Source of the DNA: Paracoccaceae bacterium
GTDB taxonomy: Bacteria; Pseudomonadota; Alphaproteobacteria; Rhodobacterales; Rhodobacteraceae
Assembly (NCBI GenBank): GCA_026997055.1
Contig: JALWJU010000424.1
Span: 1-41,575 of the forward strand
Length of the DNA stretch: 41,575 nucleotides
Reading direction: 5' to 3'
Shown: piece by piece, positions 41,021-41,575 of the stretch
Numbering within the stretch: position 1 is the stretch's first letter
Layout: each line of letters starts with the position of its first letter
Translations under genes and position numbers: made by a program
Notes under the pieces: model-generated
Database searches by the model: none
Told to the model about the DNA's origin: nothing
The model's input: the letters and a program-made list of their open reading frames with translations, nothing else

Positions 41021-41171
41021 GTGCGCACCCGGATCTGCTTGAGGTGCGCACCTGCGAACCATGGGTGCGCACCCGGGTGCGCAGGTGCGCACTTGGGTGA
41101 ATTCGCACAACCCTTGGTAAATACGTTGTTTTCTCGCGCCGGAGCGGCAGGTGCGCACCCAAACTGCGCAC
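41021..41171. repeat. Array of the 8-bp palindrome GTGCGCAC (5 perfect and 2 seven-of-eight copies); operator/iteron-like
   Basis: Perfect copies are at 41021, 41044, 41065, 41085 and 41151. The 7/8 copies are at 41077 (GTGCGCAG) and 41164 (CTGCGCAC). Most share the context GGTGCGCACC. Spacings of 23, 21 and 20 bp correspond to about two helical turns. Confidence 0.7.
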
Positions 41172-41421
41172 CCAAAACAACACCCTGTCGCTATAGAGGC
41201 GCCGCGCCAAGCCCCCCCGTATACGTATCCCGCCAGGGAGGACCCAGGATGGGGGGTATGACGCGGCTTGAGGAGAACAGGCTTCTTCGAGCCTATCTGT
41301 TTTTTGCCACGAAATGCCCGAAAATGTCGCGCCCAAAGTTCGACGTGTTTTGCCAGGCAATCCACACCCAGCGCAGGGTGGATGGGAATAGCCCGGTACG
41401 GCACGGGATTGCACGGCGTGG

Positions 41422-41575
41422 TCATTTGCCAGAACGTGAATTGCCGGCATTGGTTTTTCCACCATTCACCCGCTTTGCGATCGTCGCCAGCGCGGCCACC
41501 CAGCGCCGCCAGGCGGTCTGGCGCACGCAGCCAGCCTCGATGCAGACCTCGCGCCAGCGGCGGCCCTCGGCCCGC
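41422..41575 (-). CDS. 3' end of a gene running in from beyond the window; HTH-like C-terminus (hypothetical regulator)
   Basis: The frame reads ...RAEGRRWREVCIEAGCVRQTAWRRWVAALATIAKRVNGGK... with the stop at 41422-41424 and high GC3 in the first 36 codons. It is not in the ORF track because no start lies in the window. An open plus-strand frame competes with it. Confidence 0.3.
   Translation of the reverse strand, partial: RAEGRRWREVCIEAGCVRQTAWRRWVAALATIAKRVNGGKTNAGNSRSGK

Larger units (their letters stand above)
125..41575. mobile_element. Integrated tailed prophage, partial (one end only); late/structural/lysis genes plus a terminal cargo (defence) region. The integrase end lies outside the window.
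   Basis: A contiguous minus-strand terminase-portal-protease-capsid-tail-lysis gene order runs from 16256 to 40917. A tRNA 3'-fragment at 79-124 is oriented so that element DNA lies at higher coordinates. No integrase, repressor or replication genes are visible in the window. Confidence 0.7.

Noticed and set aside
41021-41171. GTGCGCAC repeats as a CRISPR array or as coding sequence (ORF 39655..41175 N-terminus)
   Set aside because: The repeat unit is only 8-10 bp with irregular 8-66 bp spacing, so it is not CRISPR-like. The reading frame across it yields repetitive CAP/GAH peptides, which are an artefact of the repeats. The methylase has a good start with a Shine-Dalgarno sequence at 40917/40929, downstream of a terminator.
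16256-41175. Interpreting the cluster as a gene transfer agent (RcGTA-like) rather than a prophage
   Set aside because: Only the distal tail (g12-g15) and the lysis genes are GTA-like. The head module is lambda-type with a decoration protein, and the tape measure is full length. Terminase small and large subunits, a ParB-methylase, toxin-antitoxin and defence cargo and an att-like tRNA fragment are all present. This is more consistent with a temperate phage, though functionality is unknown.
41249-41575. Plus-strand open frame starting at ATG 41249, preceded by GGGAGGA (MGGMTRLEENRLLRAYLFFATKCPKMSRPKF...) and open to the window edge
   Set aside because: The ribosome-binding site is attractive and the first 40 or so codons look protein-like. 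Beyond about 41440, however, the frame becomes Arg/Gln/Ser-rich and is antisense to a more convincing HTH-like minus-strand frame. This cannot be resolved without downstream sequence, so I did not call it.

Overview
GC-rich, alphaproteobacterial (Rhodobacterales-like) DNA that appears to be one end of an integrated tailed prophage. All calls rest on motif recognition by eye; no searches were run.

**Element boundary (79-124).** A truncated 3' half of an initiator-type tRNA-Met sits here. It looks like the displaced att copy. On that reading, 125 to the window end is element DNA and 1-78 is chromosomal flank.

**Prophage late genes (16.2-41 kb, minus strand).** This is one long, mostly translationally coupled late operon:
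- ParB-DNA methylase fusion and a small membrane protein
- small and large (lambda gpA-like) terminase, gpW, lambda-type portal, S49 protease/scaffold, gpD-like decoration protein, gpE-like major capsid
- head-tail connector proteins, tail tube, G/GT-type chaperones with a clear -1 frameshift signal, tape measure
- an RcGTA-like distal tail module (g12, g13, g14, g15 homologues), a DUF2793 fibre-like protein, a GH108 endolysin and a GTA-type 3-TM holin
- plus-strand morons interrupt it: a HigB/RelE-like toxin with an XRE antitoxin and palindromic operator, and three small genes, two of them behind a duplicated promoter/leader module

**Defence island (about 2.1-16.2 kb).** Between the lysis cassette and the att copy lies a visibly lower-GC cargo island with two parts:
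1. A translationally coupled three-gene plus-strand operon. It encodes a 1006-aa unknown protein, an 1835-aa DEAH helicase with a C-terminal DUF1998 Cys cluster, and a 657-aa NERD/PD-(D/E)xK nuclease fused to an SF1 helicase. The first two genes resemble Druantia type III (DruH-DruE). The coupled third gene is not part of the described system, and this operon is my best candidate for something new.
2. A convergent minus-strand operon encoding a C5-cytosine methyltransferase, a MutH/MvaI-BcnI-like restriction endonuclease, and an HhH-GPD [4Fe-4S] glycosylase. The glycosylase probably repairs T:G mismatches from 5mC deamination.

**Other items.**
- A Fic-fold protein with a degenerate active site lies next to the att copy.
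- An intrinsic terminator preceded by a dense array of GTGCGCAC palindromes sits just upstream of the late operon.
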